The notes below the pieces were generated by a model. That model made no database searches and had not been told where the DNA came from. It saw only the letters and a program-made list of their open reading frames with translations. From NCBI GenBank assembly GCA_965225945.1, contig CBDDBZ010000022.1:42627-106626 (forward strand): a stretch of DNA of 64,000 nt. The letters run 5' to 3'. Of this stretch, positions 31,560 to 43,096 are shown piece by piece; positions within the stretch are counted from its first letter, which is position 1; every line of letters begins with the position of its first letter. Position numbers and translations under genes: made by a program. This DNA comes from Alphaproteobacteria bacterium (GTDB taxonomy: Bacteria > Pseudomonadota > Alphaproteobacteria > GCA-2731375).

Positions 31560-32906
31560 ATGTTCGACAGCCTGAGCGGCCGTCTGGGCGAGGTATTCGA
31601 GCGCTTGACGAAGCGCGGCGTGCTCTCGGAGGGGGACGTCGAGGCGGCGCTCTCCGAGGTGCGCCTGGCCCTGCTGGAGGCCGATGTCGCGCTCCCCGTC
31701 GCCCGCGACTTCATCGCGAAGGTCAAGGCGCGCGCGGTGGGCCACGAGGTGCTGCGCTCGGTCACGCCCGGCCAGATGGTGATCAAGGTCGTCCACGACG
31801 AGCTGGTCGAGATGCTGGGCGCTTCGAGCGTGGAACTCGACCTGAACGCGCCGCCGCCGGTCGCGATCCTATTGATCGGCCTGCAAGGCTCGGGCAAGAC
31901 CACGACCACGGCCAAGATCGCCAAGCGCCTGGCGGAGCGCGAGCGCAAGCGGGTCCTGATGGCCTCGCTCGACACCCGCCGCCCGGCGGCGCAGCAACAA
32001 CTCGCGATCCTGGGCGAGCAGGCGGGCGTGGCGACCTTGCCGATCGTCGAGGGCCAGACGCCGGTCGCCATCGCGAAACGGGCGATGCAGGCGGCCAGGC
32101 TTCAGGGCATCGACGTGGTGCTGCTGGATAGCGCCGGGCGTCTCCATATCGACGAAGCGCTGATGGCCGAGGTGGCGGAAGTGAAGGCGGCGAGCCTGCC
32201 TCACGAAACCCTGCTGGTGGCCGACGCGCTGACCGGCCAGGACGCCGTCAACGTCGCCGACAGCTTCAACAAGCGGGTCGGCTTGAGCGGAATCGTGCTG
32301 ACCCGGATCGACGGCGACGGCCGGGGCGGCGCGGCGCTTTCCATGCGCGCGGTAACCGGGTGCCCGATCAAGTTGATGGGCGTCGGCGAAAAGCTCGATG
32401 CCTTGGAAGGTTTCCACCCGGAACGGATCGCCGGCCGCATCCTCGGCATGGGCGACGTCGTCTCCCTGGTGGAGAAGGCGGCGGAGACGATCGAGGAGGA
32501 AGCGGCCGAGAAGCTCGCGGTCAAGGTCCGGAAGGGTCAATTCGACCTCGAGGACATGCTGGGCCAACTGCGCCAGATCAGCCGGATGGGCGGGCTCGAG
32601 GGCTTGATGGGGATGCTGCCGGGGATCGGTAAGGCCAAGCAGCAGCTCGCCAAGGCCAAGATCGACCCGGCGATGATTGCCCGCCAGGAGGCGATCATCC
32701 TCTCGATGACCCCGGGCGAGCGGCACAATTCCAAGCTGATCCACGCCTCGCGCAAGCGACGGATCGCCACCGGCTCCGGCACCTCGGTGCAGGAGGTCAA
32801 CAAGCTGCTGAAGCAGCACAAGCAGATGGTCTCGACCATGAAGAAGGTCAACAAACTCGGCAAGCGCGGCCTGATGCGCCACGGCTTGCCCGGCCTCGCG
32901 CCCTGA
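31560..32906 (+). CDS. ffh: Signal recognition particle protein
   Basis: [36 protein letters not shown] domain. Confidence 0.98.
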   Translation: MFDSLSGRLGEVFERLTKRGVLSEGDVEAALSEVRLALLEADVALPVARDFIAKVKARAVGHEVLRSVTPGQMVIKVVHDELVEMLGASSVELDLNAPPPVAILLIGLQGSGKTTTTAKIAKRLAERERKRVLMASLDTRRPAAQQQLAILGEQAGVATLPIVEGQTPVAIAKRAMQAARLQGIDVVLLDSAGRLHIDEALMAEVAEVKAASLPHETLLVADALTGQDAVNVADSFNKRVGLSGIVLTRIDGDGRGGAALSMRAVTGCPIKLMGVGEKLDALEGFHPERIAGRILGMGDVVSLVEKAAETIEEEAAEKLAVKVRKGQFDLEDMLGQLRQISRMGGLEGLMGMLPGIGKAKQQLAKAKIDPAMIARQEAIILSMTPGERHNSKLIHASRKRRIATGSGTSVQEVNKLLKQHKQMVSTMKKVNKLGKRGLMRHGLPGLAP

Positions 32907-32944
32907 GCCGGGCGCGCCGGGATAACGATAAGGACATTGACGCG

Positions 32945-33307
32945 ATGACCCTGAAGATTCGACTGGCCCGAGGCGGGGCCAAGAAGCGGCCGCACTATCG
33001 CATCGTCGTGGCGGATTCCCGCGCGCCCCGCGATGGCCGCTTCATCGAGCGCCTGGGCACCTATGATCCGGTCCTGCCGAAGGACCACGCAGACCGCGTG
33101 ACGCTTCGCGAGGAACGTATCCGCTACTGGCTCAGCAAGGGCGCGCAGCCGACCGACCGGGTGGCGCGCTTCCTGGGCCAGGCGGACATCATCGCCATGC
33201 CCAAGCACCACAACCCCGAGAAGGCCAAGCCCAAGACCAAGGCGCAAGCGCGCCAGGAGGCGGCCGCCGCCGCAAGCGCGGAAGCCCAGGGCCGCGGCGC
33301 GGGCTGA
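32945..33307 (+). CDS. rpsP: 30S ribosomal protein S16
   Basis: [29 protein letters not shown]. Confidence 0.98.
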   Translation: MTLKIRLARGGAKKRPHYRIVVADSRAPRDGRFIERLGTYDPVLPKDHADRVTLREERIRYWLSKGAQPTDRVARFLGQADIIAMPKHHNPEKAKPKTKAQARQEAAAAASAEAQGRGAG

Positions 33308-33340
33308 GCCCCCCGCCTCCGATGGGCGTCGGTGTCGATC

Positions 33341-33853
33341 ATGCGGGAGTCGAAAGCCGCTAGGGTCTGCCTGGGCGTCATCGGCGCGCCGCACGGCTTG
33401 CGTGGCGATCTGCGCGTTCGCTGTTTCACCGAGGAACCCGAGGACGTCGGCGCCTATGGCCCGGTCCGCGACGAGACCGGAGCGGAGTGGCGGCTTCGCG
33501 TCAAGGAGCGGCGCAAGGAGGCTGTCGTGGCCCATCTCGACGGGATCGAGGATCGCGACGCGGCGGCGGCCCTCAACGGCCGGCGACTCTTCGTCGCCCG
33601 CGACGCGCTGCCGCGAACCGAGGAAGATACTTACTATCACGCCGACCTGCTGGGCCTCGAGGTCGTCGACGGCGACGGCCGCGGGATCGGCACCATCCAC
33701 GCCATTTATGATTTCGGCGCCGGCGACATCCTCGAATTCGCGACGCCAGAGGGCCGCTTGGAGATGGTGCCCTTCACCCACGAGTCGGTTCCCGTGGTGG
33801 ATCTGGAGGGCGGCCGCGTCGTCGTCGAGCGGACGCCGGAGGAAGCGACATGA
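33341..33853 (+). CDS. rimM: 16S rRNA processing protein RimM
   Basis: [26 protein letters not shown]; operon position. Confidence 0.95.
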   Translation: MRESKAARVCLGVIGAPHGLRGDLRVRCFTEEPEDVGAYGPVRDETGAEWRLRVKERRKEAVVAHLDGIEDRDAAAALNGRRLFVARDALPRTEEDTYYHADLLGLEVVDGDGRGIGTIHAIYDFGAGDILEFATPEGRLEMVPFTHESVPVVDLEGGRVVVERTPEEAT

Positions 33854-34614
33854 GCACCCCCCTGGCCGCGCCGATCTGGCGGGCATGGGTCCTGACGCTG
33901 TTCCCGGAGATGTTTCCGGGCCCGCTCGGCGCCAGCCTCGCCGGCCGCGGCCTGGAGGGCGGGCTCTGGCGTCTCGAAACGGTGGACATTCGCGGCTTCG
34001 CGCGCGATAAACACCGCACCGTGGACGACGCGCCGTTCGGCGGCGGTCCCGGCATGGTCATGCGAGCGGACGTCGTGGCCGGCGCGATCGACGCGACCCG
34101 CGAGGCGGCACGCGCGGTCATCGGGGCCGTTCCCCGCACCGTCTGCATGACGCCGCGCGGCGCCCCGCTCGGCCAGTCGAAGGTTCGCGCGTTGGCCGAC
34201 GGGCCGGGTCTCATCGTGCTTTGCGGTCGCTTCGAGGGAATCGACCAGCGCGTGCTGGAGGCCCGGGAGGTGGAAGAGATCTCGATCGGCGACTTCGTCC
34301 TCTCGGGCGGAGAGCCGGCGGCGGCTTGCCTGATCGACGCGGTGGTGCGGCTGTTGCCCGGCATCGTCGGCGACCCGGCGGCGCTGGAGGAGGAAAGTTT
34401 CTCGCGGGGGCTTCTCGAATACCCCCAATACACGCGCCCCCAGGCCTGGGAGGGGCGCGAGGTGCCGGCGGTCCTGCTGTCGGGGCATCACGAACGGATC
34501 GATGCCTGGCGCCAGGACCAGGCGGAAGAGACGACACGGACCCGGCGGCCGGATCTCTGGCAGGCCCGACCGGCCGGGTCGCAAGCGCGAGGATCGAAGG
34601 ATGACGTTGCTTGA
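33850..34614 (+). CDS. trmD: tRNA (guanine37-N1)-methyltransferase
   Basis: [40 protein letters not shown]. Confidence 0.98.
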   Translation: MSTPLAAPIWRAWVLTLFPEMFPGPLGASLAGRGLEGGLWRLETVDIRGFARDKHRTVDDAPFGGGPGMVMRADVVAGAIDATREAARAVIGAVPRTVCMTPRGAPLGQSKVRALADGPGLIVLCGRFEGIDQRVLEAREVEEISIGDFVLSGGEPAAACLIDAVVRLLPGIVGDPAALEEESFSRGLLEYPQYTRPQAWEGREVPAVLLSGHHERIDAWRQDQAEETTRTRRPDLWQARPAGSQARGSKDDVA

Positions 34615-35005
34615 GCAGTTCGAACGCGATGAGGTGGAACGGCTCGCGGCCGGGAAGGAGCTGCCGGATTTCGGGCCGGGCGACACGCTCCGAGTCCACG
34701 TCCGGCTGGTCGAGGGCGCCCGGGAGCGGGTGCAGGTCTTCGAGGGCGTCTGCATCGGGCTGAAGCGGGCCGGCCTGAACTCCGCCTTTACCGTGCGCAA
34801 GATCAGCTACGGCGAAGGCGTGGAGAGGGTCTTCCCGCTCTATTCGCCCAGGATCGAGAAAATCGAGATCAAGCGTCGCGGACGGGTCCGCCGTGCCAAG
34901 CTCTATTATTTGCGCGGCCGTACCGGCAAGCGGGCGCGGATCGCCGAGCGGCAGGATTCCCGGGACAAGGCCAAGCGAGGCAAGCAGCGCGCCCGGGCTG
35001 GGTGA
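34601..35005 (+). CDS. rplS: 50S ribosomal protein L19
   Basis: [35 protein letters not shown]. Confidence 0.98.
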   Translation: MTLLEQFERDEVERLAAGKELPDFGPGDTLRVHVRLVEGARERVQVFEGVCIGLKRAGLNSAFTVRKISYGEGVERVFPLYSPRIEKIEIKRRGRVRRAKLYYLRGRTGKRARIAERQDSRDKAKRGKQRARAG

Positions 35006-35049
35006 CGCGCGCTCGAACTGAGGACAACAGGGGGGGAAACCTCGTAGCC

Positions 35050-36456
35050 ATGGCCACGCCTAGCACGCTCCACGACAAGATTTGGGATAGCCACCTCGTT
35101 CACCAGCGCGACGACGGCTTCTGCGTTCTCTACATCGACCGCCACCTGGTGCACGAGGTGACCAGCCCGCAAGCCTTCGAGGGCCTGCGCCTCTCGCGAC
35201 GAGCGGTGCGCCGGCCGGACGCCACGCTCGCCGTGGCCGACCACAACGTGCCGACCACCGATCGCAGCCAGGGCATCGAAGACCCGGAATCGCGCCTCCA
35301 GGTGGAGACGCTCAGCCGCAATTGCACGGAGTTCGGCGTGCCGCTCTTCGATATGGACGATTCGCGCCAGGGCATCGTCCACATCATCGGCCCCGAGCAG
35401 GGCTTCACCCAGCCCGGCAACACCATCGTCTGCGGCGACAGCCATACCGCGACCCACGGCGCCTTCGGCGCGCTCGCCTTCGGCATCGGCACCTCCGAGG
35501 TCGAGCACGTGCTGGCGACCCAGACGCTGATCCAGCGGCGCTCCAAGAACATGCGAATCGAGGTCGAAAGCGATCTTCCCGCCGGCTGCACGGCCAAGGA
35601 CCTGATCCTGGCCATCATCGGCAAGATCGGCACCGCCGGCGGCACCGGCCATGTCATCGAGTATGGCGGGCCGGCGATCCGCGCGCTCTCGATGGAAGGG
35701 CGGATGACGGTCTGCAACATGACCATCGAGGGCGGCGCGCGGGCCGGCCTGATCGCCCCCGACGAGACCACGATCGACTACATGCGCGGCCTGGCGATGG
35801 CGCCCCGGGGCGCCGACTTCGAACGCGCCGCCGAGTATTGGCGCGGTCTGCCGAGCGATGCGGGCGCGCGCTACGATACCGAGGTGACCTTGAACGCGGC
35901 CGAAATCGTGCCGCACGTCACCTGGGGCACCAGCCCGGAGAACGTGGCTCCGATCACCGCCACTGTACCGAACCCGGCCGAGGTCGAGGACAAGGATCGC
36001 CGCGCCTCGATGGAGCGTTCACTTCGCTACATGGGGCTCGAGGCGGGAACGCCGCTTACCGAGATCGCGATCGACCGCGTCTTCATCGGCTCCTGCACCA
36101 ACGGGCGGATCGAGGACCTTCGCGCCGCCGCCGAGGTCGCCAAGGGCCGGCGCGTGGCCGAGCACGTCGACGCCATGGTGGTCCCCGGCTCGGGTCTGGT
36201 GAAGCGCCAGGCGGAGGCCGAAGGCCTCGACCGGATCTTTCTGCAGGCGGGCTTCGAGTGGCGCGAGCCCGGCTGCTCGATGTGTCTGGCGATGAACGCC
36301 GACCGGCTGGAGCCGGGCGAGCGCTGTGCCTCGACGTCGAACCGCAACTTCGAGGGGCGCCAGGGCTTCGGCGGGCGGACCCATCTGGTGAGCCCGGCGA
36401 TGGCCGTCGCCGCCGCGGTCTCCGGGCATCTCGCCGACGTCCGCGATCTCGCCTGA
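35050..36456 (+). CDS. leuC: 3-isopropylmalate dehydratase large subunit
   Basis: [48 protein letters not shown]. Confidence 0.98.
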   Translation: MATPSTLHDKIWDSHLVHQRDDGFCVLYIDRHLVHEVTSPQAFEGLRLSRRAVRRPDATLAVADHNVPTTDRSQGIEDPESRLQVETLSRNCTEFGVPLFDMDDSRQGIVHIIGPEQGFTQPGNTIVCGDSHTATHGAFGALAFGIGTSEVEHVLATQTLIQRRSKNMRIEVESDLPAGCTAKDLILAIIGKIGTAGGTGHVIEYGGPAIRALSMEGRMTVCNMTIEGGARAGLIAPDETTIDYMRGLAMAPRGADFERAAEYWRGLPSDAGARYDTEVTLNAAEIVPHVTWGTSPENVAPITATVPNPAEVEDKDRRASMERSLRYMGLEAGTPLTEIAIDRVFIGSCTNGRIEDLRAAAEVAKGRRVAEHVDAMVVPGSGLVKRQAEAEGLDRIFLQAGFEWREPGCSMCLAMNADRLEPGERCASTSNRNFEGRQGFGGRTHLVSPAMAVAAAVSGHLADVRDLA

Positions 36457-36467
36457 GGGAAGGCACG

Positions 36468-37091
36468 ATGGAGAAATTCGTCAAGCTCGAGAGCGCCGCC
36501 GCGCCGATGCGGATGATCAATATCGACACCGACCGGATCATCCCCAAGCAATTCCTGAAGACGATCGAGCGCTCCGGCCTCGGCAAGTTCCTCTTTTACG
36601 ACATGCGTTACAACGCCGACGGCAGCGACAATGCGGATTTCGTGCTCAACCAGCCGGCCTATCGCCAGGCCCAGATCATCGTCGCCGGCGACAACTTCGG
36701 CTGCGGCTCCTCACGCGAGCATGCGCCCTGGGCGCTGCGGGATTTCGGCGTGCGCAGCGTGATCTCGTCCTCTTTCGCCGACATCTTCTACAACAACTGC
36801 TTCAAGAACGGCGTGCTGCCGATCCAGGTCTCGCCGGAGCAGTTGGAAGATCTGATGGGCGACGCCGAGAAGGGTGGCAACGCGCGCCTGACGGTCGACC
36901 TCGAAGCCCAGACCATCATGCGGCCCGACGGCAGCGAGGTCCGTTTCGAGGTCGAACCCTTCCGCAAGAATTGCCTGTTGGAGGGACTGGACGACATCGA
37001 CCTGACGCTCGAGCACGACACCGAGATCGACGCTTTCGAGGCCGCCCAGAAACAGCGTCAGCCGTGGCTCTACGGCTCGCCCGCCGAGTGA
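36468..37091 (+). CDS. leuD: 3-isopropylmalate dehydratase small subunit
   Basis: [36 protein letters not shown]. Confidence 0.98.
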   Translation: MEKFVKLESAAAPMRMINIDTDRIIPKQFLKTIERSGLGKFLFYDMRYNADGSDNADFVLNQPAYRQAQIIVAGDNFGCGSSREHAPWALRDFGVRSVISSSFADIFYNNCFKNGVLPIQVSPEQLEDLMGDAEKGGNARLTVDLEAQTIMRPDGSEVRFEVEPFRKNCLLEGLDDIDLTLEHDTEIDAFEAAQKQRQPWLYGSPAE

Positions 37092-37170
37092 GTCGCCCGG
37101 CCACCGTTCTTGGCGACCGCCACATGCATGAATGCGCGCCACGGGGCGCGCGGGAGATGGGAGGCTCGCC

Positions 37171-38283
37171 ATGAGCACCAACAGGAAACTGCTGATGCTG
37201 CCGGGCGACGGCATCGGACCCGAGGTGATGCGCGAAGTGCGCCGGGTGATCGCCTGGATGGACAAGCGCCGCGCCGTCAGCTTCGAGATCGACGAGGACG
37301 TGGTCGGCGGCGCCGCGATCGACGCCCACGGGACGCCGCTCACCGACGCGTGCATGGATAAGGCGATGAACGCCGACGCCGTTATCTTCGGTGCCGTCGG
37401 CGGGCCCAAATGGGACGGCCTCCCCTTCGAGCAGAAGCCCGAGAGGGGCATCCTGCGGCTGCGCAAGGACATGGACCTGTTCGCCAACCTGCGCCCGGCG
37501 ATGTGCTTCGACGCGCTGACGTCGGCCTCCTCGCTGAAGCCGGAGCTGGTGACGGGCCTCGACCTCATGATCGTGCGCGAGCTCACCGGCGGGATCTATT
37601 TCGGCCAGCCGCGCGGCATCGAGAGGCTCGACGATGGGCAACGCCGCGCCATCAACACCCAGGTCTACACCACGAACGAGATCCGTCGCGTCGTCCGCGT
37701 CGCCTGCGAACTGGCAGGCAAGCGCAGCGGCCGCGTCACCTCGACCGAGAAAGCAAACGTGATGGAATCGGGCATCCTGTGGCGCGAGGAGGCCCAACAC
37801 ATCCGCGACACGGAATTCGCCGACATCGAAATGGATCATATTTACGCCGACAACTGCGCGATGCAGCTCGTCCGCTCGCCCAAGCAGTTCGACGTGATCG
37901 TCACCGACAACCTGTTCGGCGACCTGCTGTCGGACGTCGCTGCGATGCTGACCGGTAGTCTCGGCATGCTGCCCTCGGCCTCGCTCGGCGCCGCCGACGA
38001 GACCGGCCGCCGCCGCGCCCTCTACGAGCCGGTGCACGGCTCGGCGCCCGACATCACCGGCCGGGAGATCGCCAATCCGATCGCCATGATCCTGAGTTTC
38101 GCCATGGCGCTGCGCTACTCTTTCGATCTGGCGGACGACGCGAAGCTGATCGAGGACGCGGTCGACAACCTGCTCGCCGGCGGCATGCGCACCGCCGACA
38201 TCATGGAAGTTGGCAAGGCCCGCGTCTCGACCTCGGTGATGGGCGAAAGCCTGGTCCGCGAACTCGACAAGCTCGCCGCCTGA
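37171..38283 (+). CDS. leuB: 3-isopropylmalate dehydrogenase
   Basis: [46 protein letters not shown]. Confidence 0.98.
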   Translation: MSTNRKLLMLPGDGIGPEVMREVRRVIAWMDKRRAVSFEIDEDVVGGAAIDAHGTPLTDACMDKAMNADAVIFGAVGGPKWDGLPFEQKPERGILRLRKDMDLFANLRPAMCFDALTSASSLKPELVTGLDLMIVRELTGGIYFGQPRGIERLDDGQRRAINTQVYTTNEIRRVVRVACELAGKRSGRVTSTEKANVMESGILWREEAQHIRDTEFADIEMDHIYADNCAMQLVRSPKQFDVIVTDNLFGDLLSDVAAMLTGSLGMLPSASLGAADETGRRRALYEPVHGSAPDITGREIANPIAMILSFAMALRYSFDLADDAKLIEDAVDNLLAGGMRTADIMEVGKARVSTSVMGESLVRELDKLAA

Positions 38284-38314
38284 ATACGGCCGCACCACGA
38301 CGACGGAGCACCTC

Positions 38315-39079
38315 ATGCACCTCTTCGATCTGAGCGGCCGCGTCGCCGTCGTCACCGGCGGCAACGGCGGCATCGGTTTCGCCATGGCCAAGGGCATGGC
38401 CGGCGCGGGCGCCGCAATCGTCGTCGCCGGCCGCAACGAGGCGAAGAACGCCGCTGCCGTCGGCGAACTCGAGGGGCTCGGCATCGAGGCGATGGCACAC
38501 TGCATCGACATCACCGACGAGGCGGCCTGCCACGGGATGGTGGCGGCGACGCGGGCCCGCTTCGGCCGCCTCGACATCCTGGTGAACAACGCCGGCATCT
38601 CCATCCGCGGGCAGCCGCAAGACCTGGCGCTCGCCGAATGGCGCGCCGTGATCGACACCAATCTGACGGCGGCCTTCGTCTGCTGTCAGGCCGCATACCC
38701 GGCGATGATCGAGGCCGGCGGCGGCAAGATCGTCAATATCGGTTCCATGATGTCGCTCTTCGGCGCGCCCTTCGCCACCCCCTATGCCTCCAGCAAGGGC
38801 GGCATCGTGCAGATGACCAAGGCGCTCGCCACCGCCTGGGCCAAGGACAACATCCAGGTCAACGCCGTGCTGCCGGGCTGGATCGACACCGAACTCACCA
38901 TCAACGCGCGCCGCGAGGTCGAAGGTCTGCATCAACGCGTCCTCGACCGCACGCCCGCCGGGCGCTGGGGCGTGCCGGACGACCACGCGGGAATCGCCGT
39001 GTTCCTGGCGGCGCCCGCCTCGAATTTCGTCACCGGCGCGACGATCGCGGTCGACGGCGGCTATTCCGCGCAGATCTGA
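38315..39079 (+). CDS. SDR oxidoreductase (KduD/gluconate 5-dehydrogenase-like)
   Basis: TGGNGGIG, NNAG, YASSK, VDGG. Confidence 0.9.
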   Translation: MHLFDLSGRVAVVTGGNGGIGFAMAKGMAGAGAAIVVAGRNEAKNAAAVGELEGLGIEAMAHCIDITDEAACHGMVAATRARFGRLDILVNNAGISIRGQPQDLALAEWRAVIDTNLTAAFVCCQAAYPAMIEAGGGKIVNIGSMMSLFGAPFATPYASSKGGIVQMTKALATAWAKDNIQVNAVLPGWIDTELTINARREVEGLHQRVLDRTPAGRWGVPDDHAGIAVFLAAPASNFVTGATIAVDGGYSAQI

Positions 39080-39244
39080 TTTTCACCTCCATGACCGCGC
39101 GTGTCGGATTTGCCACAGGGCGACGCGGATCGGGAGGCCGCGTGGATGAGCCATCGACCGCCGAGGCTAGGGGAATGCTAAATTGAGAAGAACGATCCTC
39201 CCACGGTTCCGATGTTCGCGTTGTGGTGAACGGGACCTGAGCGG

Positions 39245-41248
39245 ATGGACGAGCGAAGACGCGCGAGCGAACAACGCCATAAGGCCCAGGGAGTGAAACG
39301 TCGAACTTATTTGAACCTGATTGGACTGCCGCGATCACGTAAGCGGCAGTTGCTCGTCCTCGCCGATCTTCTCGCCCTGCCGATCTGTTTGTGGCTGGCG
39401 GTGGCGTTGCGGCACGGCCACCCTTTCCCGGCCGAGTTTCCGAGCCCGTGGCTGATCCTCGCCGTCACGGTGCCGTCGATCCCCGCGTTCCACGCCTTCG
39501 GCGTCTACCGCTCGGTTCTCCGCGCGTCGGGCGCGCCGTTCCAATTGACGATCGCGGCCGCGGCCATGTTCTCGGCGCTCCTGCTCGTCCTCGTCGGCTG
39601 GTTGTTGGCGCCGCCGAATCTCGACGCCACGATCCCGGTGATCTTCTGGATGACCACGATGCTCGCGATGGCCGGCGTCCGCGCGGCCGCCCGCCTCTTC
39701 CTGCAGCATCTCGGAGCCGAGCTCAGGGACCAGCAGCCGATCGGTATTTACGGTGCCGGCGCCGGCGGGATCCAATCGGCCGCCGCGCTGGCGTTGGGGC
39801 GTGAATATAATCCGGTCTTCTTCGTCGACGACGATCCGGCGCTGCATGGAACGATCGTCCACGGCGTCCCCGTCTGGACGCCGGAGGCCTTGCCGGATCT
39901 CGTCCGCCGCTACGACGTAAAGCGCATACTGCTGGCGATGCCATCGGCCGGCCGGGCGCGGCGCCGCGAGATCGTCGAGGATCTGCAGTCGAGCGCCGTG
40001 CGCATCATGACCATGCCCGGCCTGGCGGATCTGGTGTCCGGCGCGGCGCAGGTCGACGACCTGAAGGAGATCGAGATCGAGGATCTCCTCGGTCGCGATG
40101 CGGTGCCACCGATCCGTGATCTGCTGGAAGGCGACATTCGGGGCAAATCCGTGATGGTGAGCGGGGCCGGCGGCTCGATCGGAAGCGAGCTCTGTCGCCA
40201 GATCGCGCGGAACGCGCTGGCCCGCATGGTGTTGATGGATTTGAGCGAGTACGCGCTCTACGCCATCGAGAACGAGATCCGCGATGTCGTCCTCGAGGCG
40301 GGGCTCGCGACGGAGGTCGTGGCGCTGCTCGGCAGCACCGTCCGGCAGCGCCGCATGAGCCACGTCATGCGTCAATTCGCCGTTCAAACGATCTATCACG
40401 CCGGCGCCTACAAGCACGTGCCCCTGGTCGAGCAGAACATCGTCGAGGGCGTGCGCAACAACGCCTTCGCCACCTGGCGCTTGGCGGAGGCGGCGATCGA
40501 GAGCGGCGTCGCGACTTTCGTGCTGATCTCCACCGACAAGGCGGTGCGGCCGACCAACGTGATGGGCGCGACCAAGCGTTTGGCCGAACTCGTGCTTCAG
40601 GGGTTGGCGCGGGAACAGGCGGTCACGCGATTCACGATGGTGCGTTTCGGCAATGTTCTCGGCTCCTCGGGCTCGGTCGTCCCGCGCTTTCGCGAACAGA
40701 TCCGCGGCGGCGGTCCCGTGACCGTGACCCACCCCGACGTCACCCGCTTCTTCATGACGATCTCGGAAGCCGCCAGCCTCGTCCTCCAAGCGGGCGCCAT
40801 GGGCACCGGCGGCGAAGTCTTTCTGCTCGAAATGGGGGAGCCCGTGCGCGTCGTCGATTTGGCCCGGCGAATGATTAGGCTGATGGGCCTCGAGGTCAGG
40901 GACATCGACAATCCCGGTGGCGATATCGCCATCCAGTTCGTCGGCCTTCGCCCCGGCGAGAAGCTCTACGAGGAGCTGCTGATAGGTAACGATGCCAGCG
41001 GCACCACGCATCCCCGCATCATGCGCGCGGAGGAGAAGTCGCTGCCCTGGAGCCAGGTGGCGAGGCTGCTGGACGAATTGGACCGCGCCTGCCGCGCGGT
41101 CGAAATCGAGACCATCCGCGCCTTGCTCGGCCAAGTCGTCGACGGCTACCAGCCGAGCGGGCCCACGGTCGACCCGATGGCCTCGATACCACGACGCGGG
41201 CTCGAGGGCGAGAGCTTGGAGACCCCCGGCTCGGAAAGCATTCACTGA
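39245..41248 (+). CDS. Membrane-bound UDP-GlcNAc 4,6-dehydratase (WbpM/PglF/CapD family)
   Basis: N-terminal TM helices, GAGGSIGSELCRQ, AYKHVP, STDKAVRPTNVMGATK, RFGNVLGSSGSV, GLRPGEKLYEEL. Confidence 0.93.
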   Translation: MDERRRASEQRHKAQGVKRRTYLNLIGLPRSRKRQLLVLADLLALPICLWLAVALRHGHPFPAEFPSPWLILAVTVPSIPAFHAFGVYRSVLRASGAPFQLTIAAAAMFSALLLVLVGWLLAPPNLDATIPVIFWMTTMLAMAGVRAAARLFLQHLGAELRDQQPIGIYGAGAGGIQSAAALALGREYNPVFFVDDDPALHGTIVHGVPVWTPEALPDLVRRYDVKRILLAMPSAGRARRREIVEDLQSSAVRIMTMPGLADLVSGAAQVDDLKEIEIEDLLGRDAVPPIRDLLEGDIRGKSVMVSGAGGSIGSELCRQIARNALARMVLMDLSEYALYAIENEIRDVVLEAGLATEVVALLGSTVRQRRMSHVMRQFAVQTIYHAGAYKHVPLVEQNIVEGVRNNAFATWRLAEAAIESGVATFVLISTDKAVRPTNVMGATKRLAELVLQGLAREQAVTRFTMVRFGNVLGSSGSVVPRFREQIRGGGPVTVTHPDVTRFFMTISEAASLVLQAGAMGTGGEVFLLEMGEPVRVVDLARRMIRLMGLEVRDIDNPGGDIAIQFVGLRPGEKLYEELLIGNDASGTTHPRIMRAEEKSLPWSQVARLLDELDRACRAVEIETIRALLGQVVDGYQPSGPTVDPMASIPRRGLEGESLETPGSESIH

Positions 41249-41305
41249 ACTCGATCTCGGGGCATTGCCCGCGTCGCCGAGTCGCGTCGCGACCGGAGGC
41301 GTTCG

Positions 41306-42988
41306 ATGCCGCTCGAGGCCGATTACATCATCGTCGGAGCCGGTTCCGCGGGCTCGGCGATGGCCTATCGGCTGTCCGCCGACGGTCGCCATCGCGTCCT
41401 CGTGCTCGAATATGGCGGCGGTGACGCCGGCCCTCTCATCCAGATGCCGGCGGCGCTCGGCTATCCGAGGAACATGGCGCGCTACGACTGGGGCTTTGTC
41501 ACCGAACCGGAGCCGCATCTCGGCGCTCGCCGCCTCGCCTGCCCCCGCGGCAAGGTCGTCGGCGGCTCCTCCTCGATCAACGGCATGGTCTACGTCCGGG
41601 GCCATGCGCGCGACTTCGACCATTGGGAGGAGATGGGGGCCGAGGGCTGGGGCTACCGTCACGTACTGCCCTACTTCAAGCGGATGGAATGTTGGCACGA
41701 CGACGGCGGCGATGCCGTCGCCGGGCGGGCCGATCCAGCTTGGCGCGGGCGAGAGGGTCCGCTCCACGTCACCCGCGGCAGCCGCGACAATCCCCTCCAC
41801 CACGCCTTCATGCGCGCCGGCGAGCAAGCGGGGTATCGACTGACGGCGGACTACAACGGCGCCGGGCAGGAAGGCTTCGGGCCGATGGAGATGACGGTTT
41901 GGCGCGGCCGGCGATGGTCGGCCGCCAACGCCTATCTGAAGACGGCGCTGCGTCGCGAGAACTGCCAACTGCGGCGCTGTCGGGCGCGACGGGTTCGCTT
42001 CGAGGGACGCCGCGCCGTCGGTGTCGAGGTCGAGCGGGGTGGCCGCGTCGAGCTGCTCCGCGCGCGGCGCGAGGTGATCCTCGCGGCCTCCTCGATCAAC
42101 TCGCCCACCCTGCTGAAGTATTCCGGCATCGGCCCCGGCGAGGAGCTCGCCGCGCACGGGATCGAGGTCGTGGTCGAGCGGCCGGGGGTCGGCGAGAACC
42201 TACAGGACCATCTGGAAGTCTATGTGCAGTTCACCTGCCGGCGACCGATCACGCTCTATCGCCACTGGAACTGGTTCTCGAAGCTGCTCATCGGCGCCCG
42301 CTGGACATTCCTCAAGAGCGGTCTCGGCGCCAGCAGTCATTTCGAGAGCGCGGCCTTCATCCGCTCGCGCGCCGGCGTGGAATACCCCGACATCCAGTAT
42401 CATTTTCTGCCGATCGCGGTCCGCTACGACGGCAAGGCGGCGGTCGAATCGCACGGTTTCCAGGCCCATGTCGGGCCGATGCGCTCCCCCTCGCGCGGCC
42501 ATGTGCGCCTTGCCTCCCCCGATCCGACCGCGCCGCCCCGCATCAGCTTCAACTACATGTCCGCGCCCGAGGATTGGGAGGACTTCCGACGTTGTATCCG
42601 CCTGACACGGGAGATCTTTCGCCAGCCGGCCTTCGCCGACTACCTGGGTTCGGAAATCGCGCCGGGGGCGGCGATCGACGACGACGAGGCCCTCGATGGC
42701 TTTGTCCGCGAGACGGTCGAGAGCGCCTATCACCCTTGCGGCACCTGCAGGATGGGCGCAGCGGACGACGCGGGCGCGGTGGTCGATCCGACCTGCCGGG
42801 TGATCGGTGTCGACGGCCTGCGCGTCGCCGACAGCTCGATCTTTCCCCAGATCACGAACGGCAATCTGAATGCACCCTCGATCATGGCCGGAGAGAAGGC
42901 GAGCGATCATATCCTCGGCCTCGCCCCGCCACCGCCGGCCAACGACGCGCCCTGGATCCACCCGCATTGGCGCGAACGGCAGAGATGA
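41306..42988 (+). CDS. betA: Choline dehydrogenase (GMC oxidoreductase)
   Basis: [55 protein letters not shown]. Confidence 0.92.
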   Translation: MPLEADYIIVGAGSAGSAMAYRLSADGRHRVLVLEYGGGDAGPLIQMPAALGYPRNMARYDWGFVTEPEPHLGARRLACPRGKVVGGSSSINGMVYVRGHARDFDHWEEMGAEGWGYRHVLPYFKRMECWHDDGGDAVAGRADPAWRGREGPLHVTRGSRDNPLHHAFMRAGEQAGYRLTADYNGAGQEGFGPMEMTVWRGRRWSAANAYLKTALRRENCQLRRCRARRVRFEGRRAVGVEVERGGRVELLRARREVILAASSINSPTLLKYSGIGPGEELAAHGIEVVVERPGVGENLQDHLEVYVQFTCRRPITLYRHWNWFSKLLIGARWTFLKSGLGASSHFESAAFIRSRAGVEYPDIQYHFLPIAVRYDGKAAVESHGFQAHVGPMRSPSRGHVRLASPDPTAPPRISFNYMSAPEDWEDFRRCIRLTREIFRQPAFADYLGSEIAPGAAIDDDEALDGFVRETVESAYHPCGTCRMGAADDAGAVVDPTCRVIGVDGLRVADSSIFPQITNGNLNAPSIMAGEKASDHILGLAPPPPANDAPWIHPHWRERQR

Positions 42989-43096
42989 CCGGGGAATAAG
43001 AGCGCCGAACGCGTCGGTCGTGGTAGGCAGGATGCGTCGCGCGCGCTATCTTCTTTCGAGGCACGCGTGATCCGCCGCGCGTCATGAGACGAGAAT

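Noticed and set aside
39335-42157. 940-aa minus-strand ORF and similar long antisense ORFs (10208-12019, 17287-18975, 48950-50989)
   Set aside because: Shadow ORFs opposite well-supported genes in high-GC DNA
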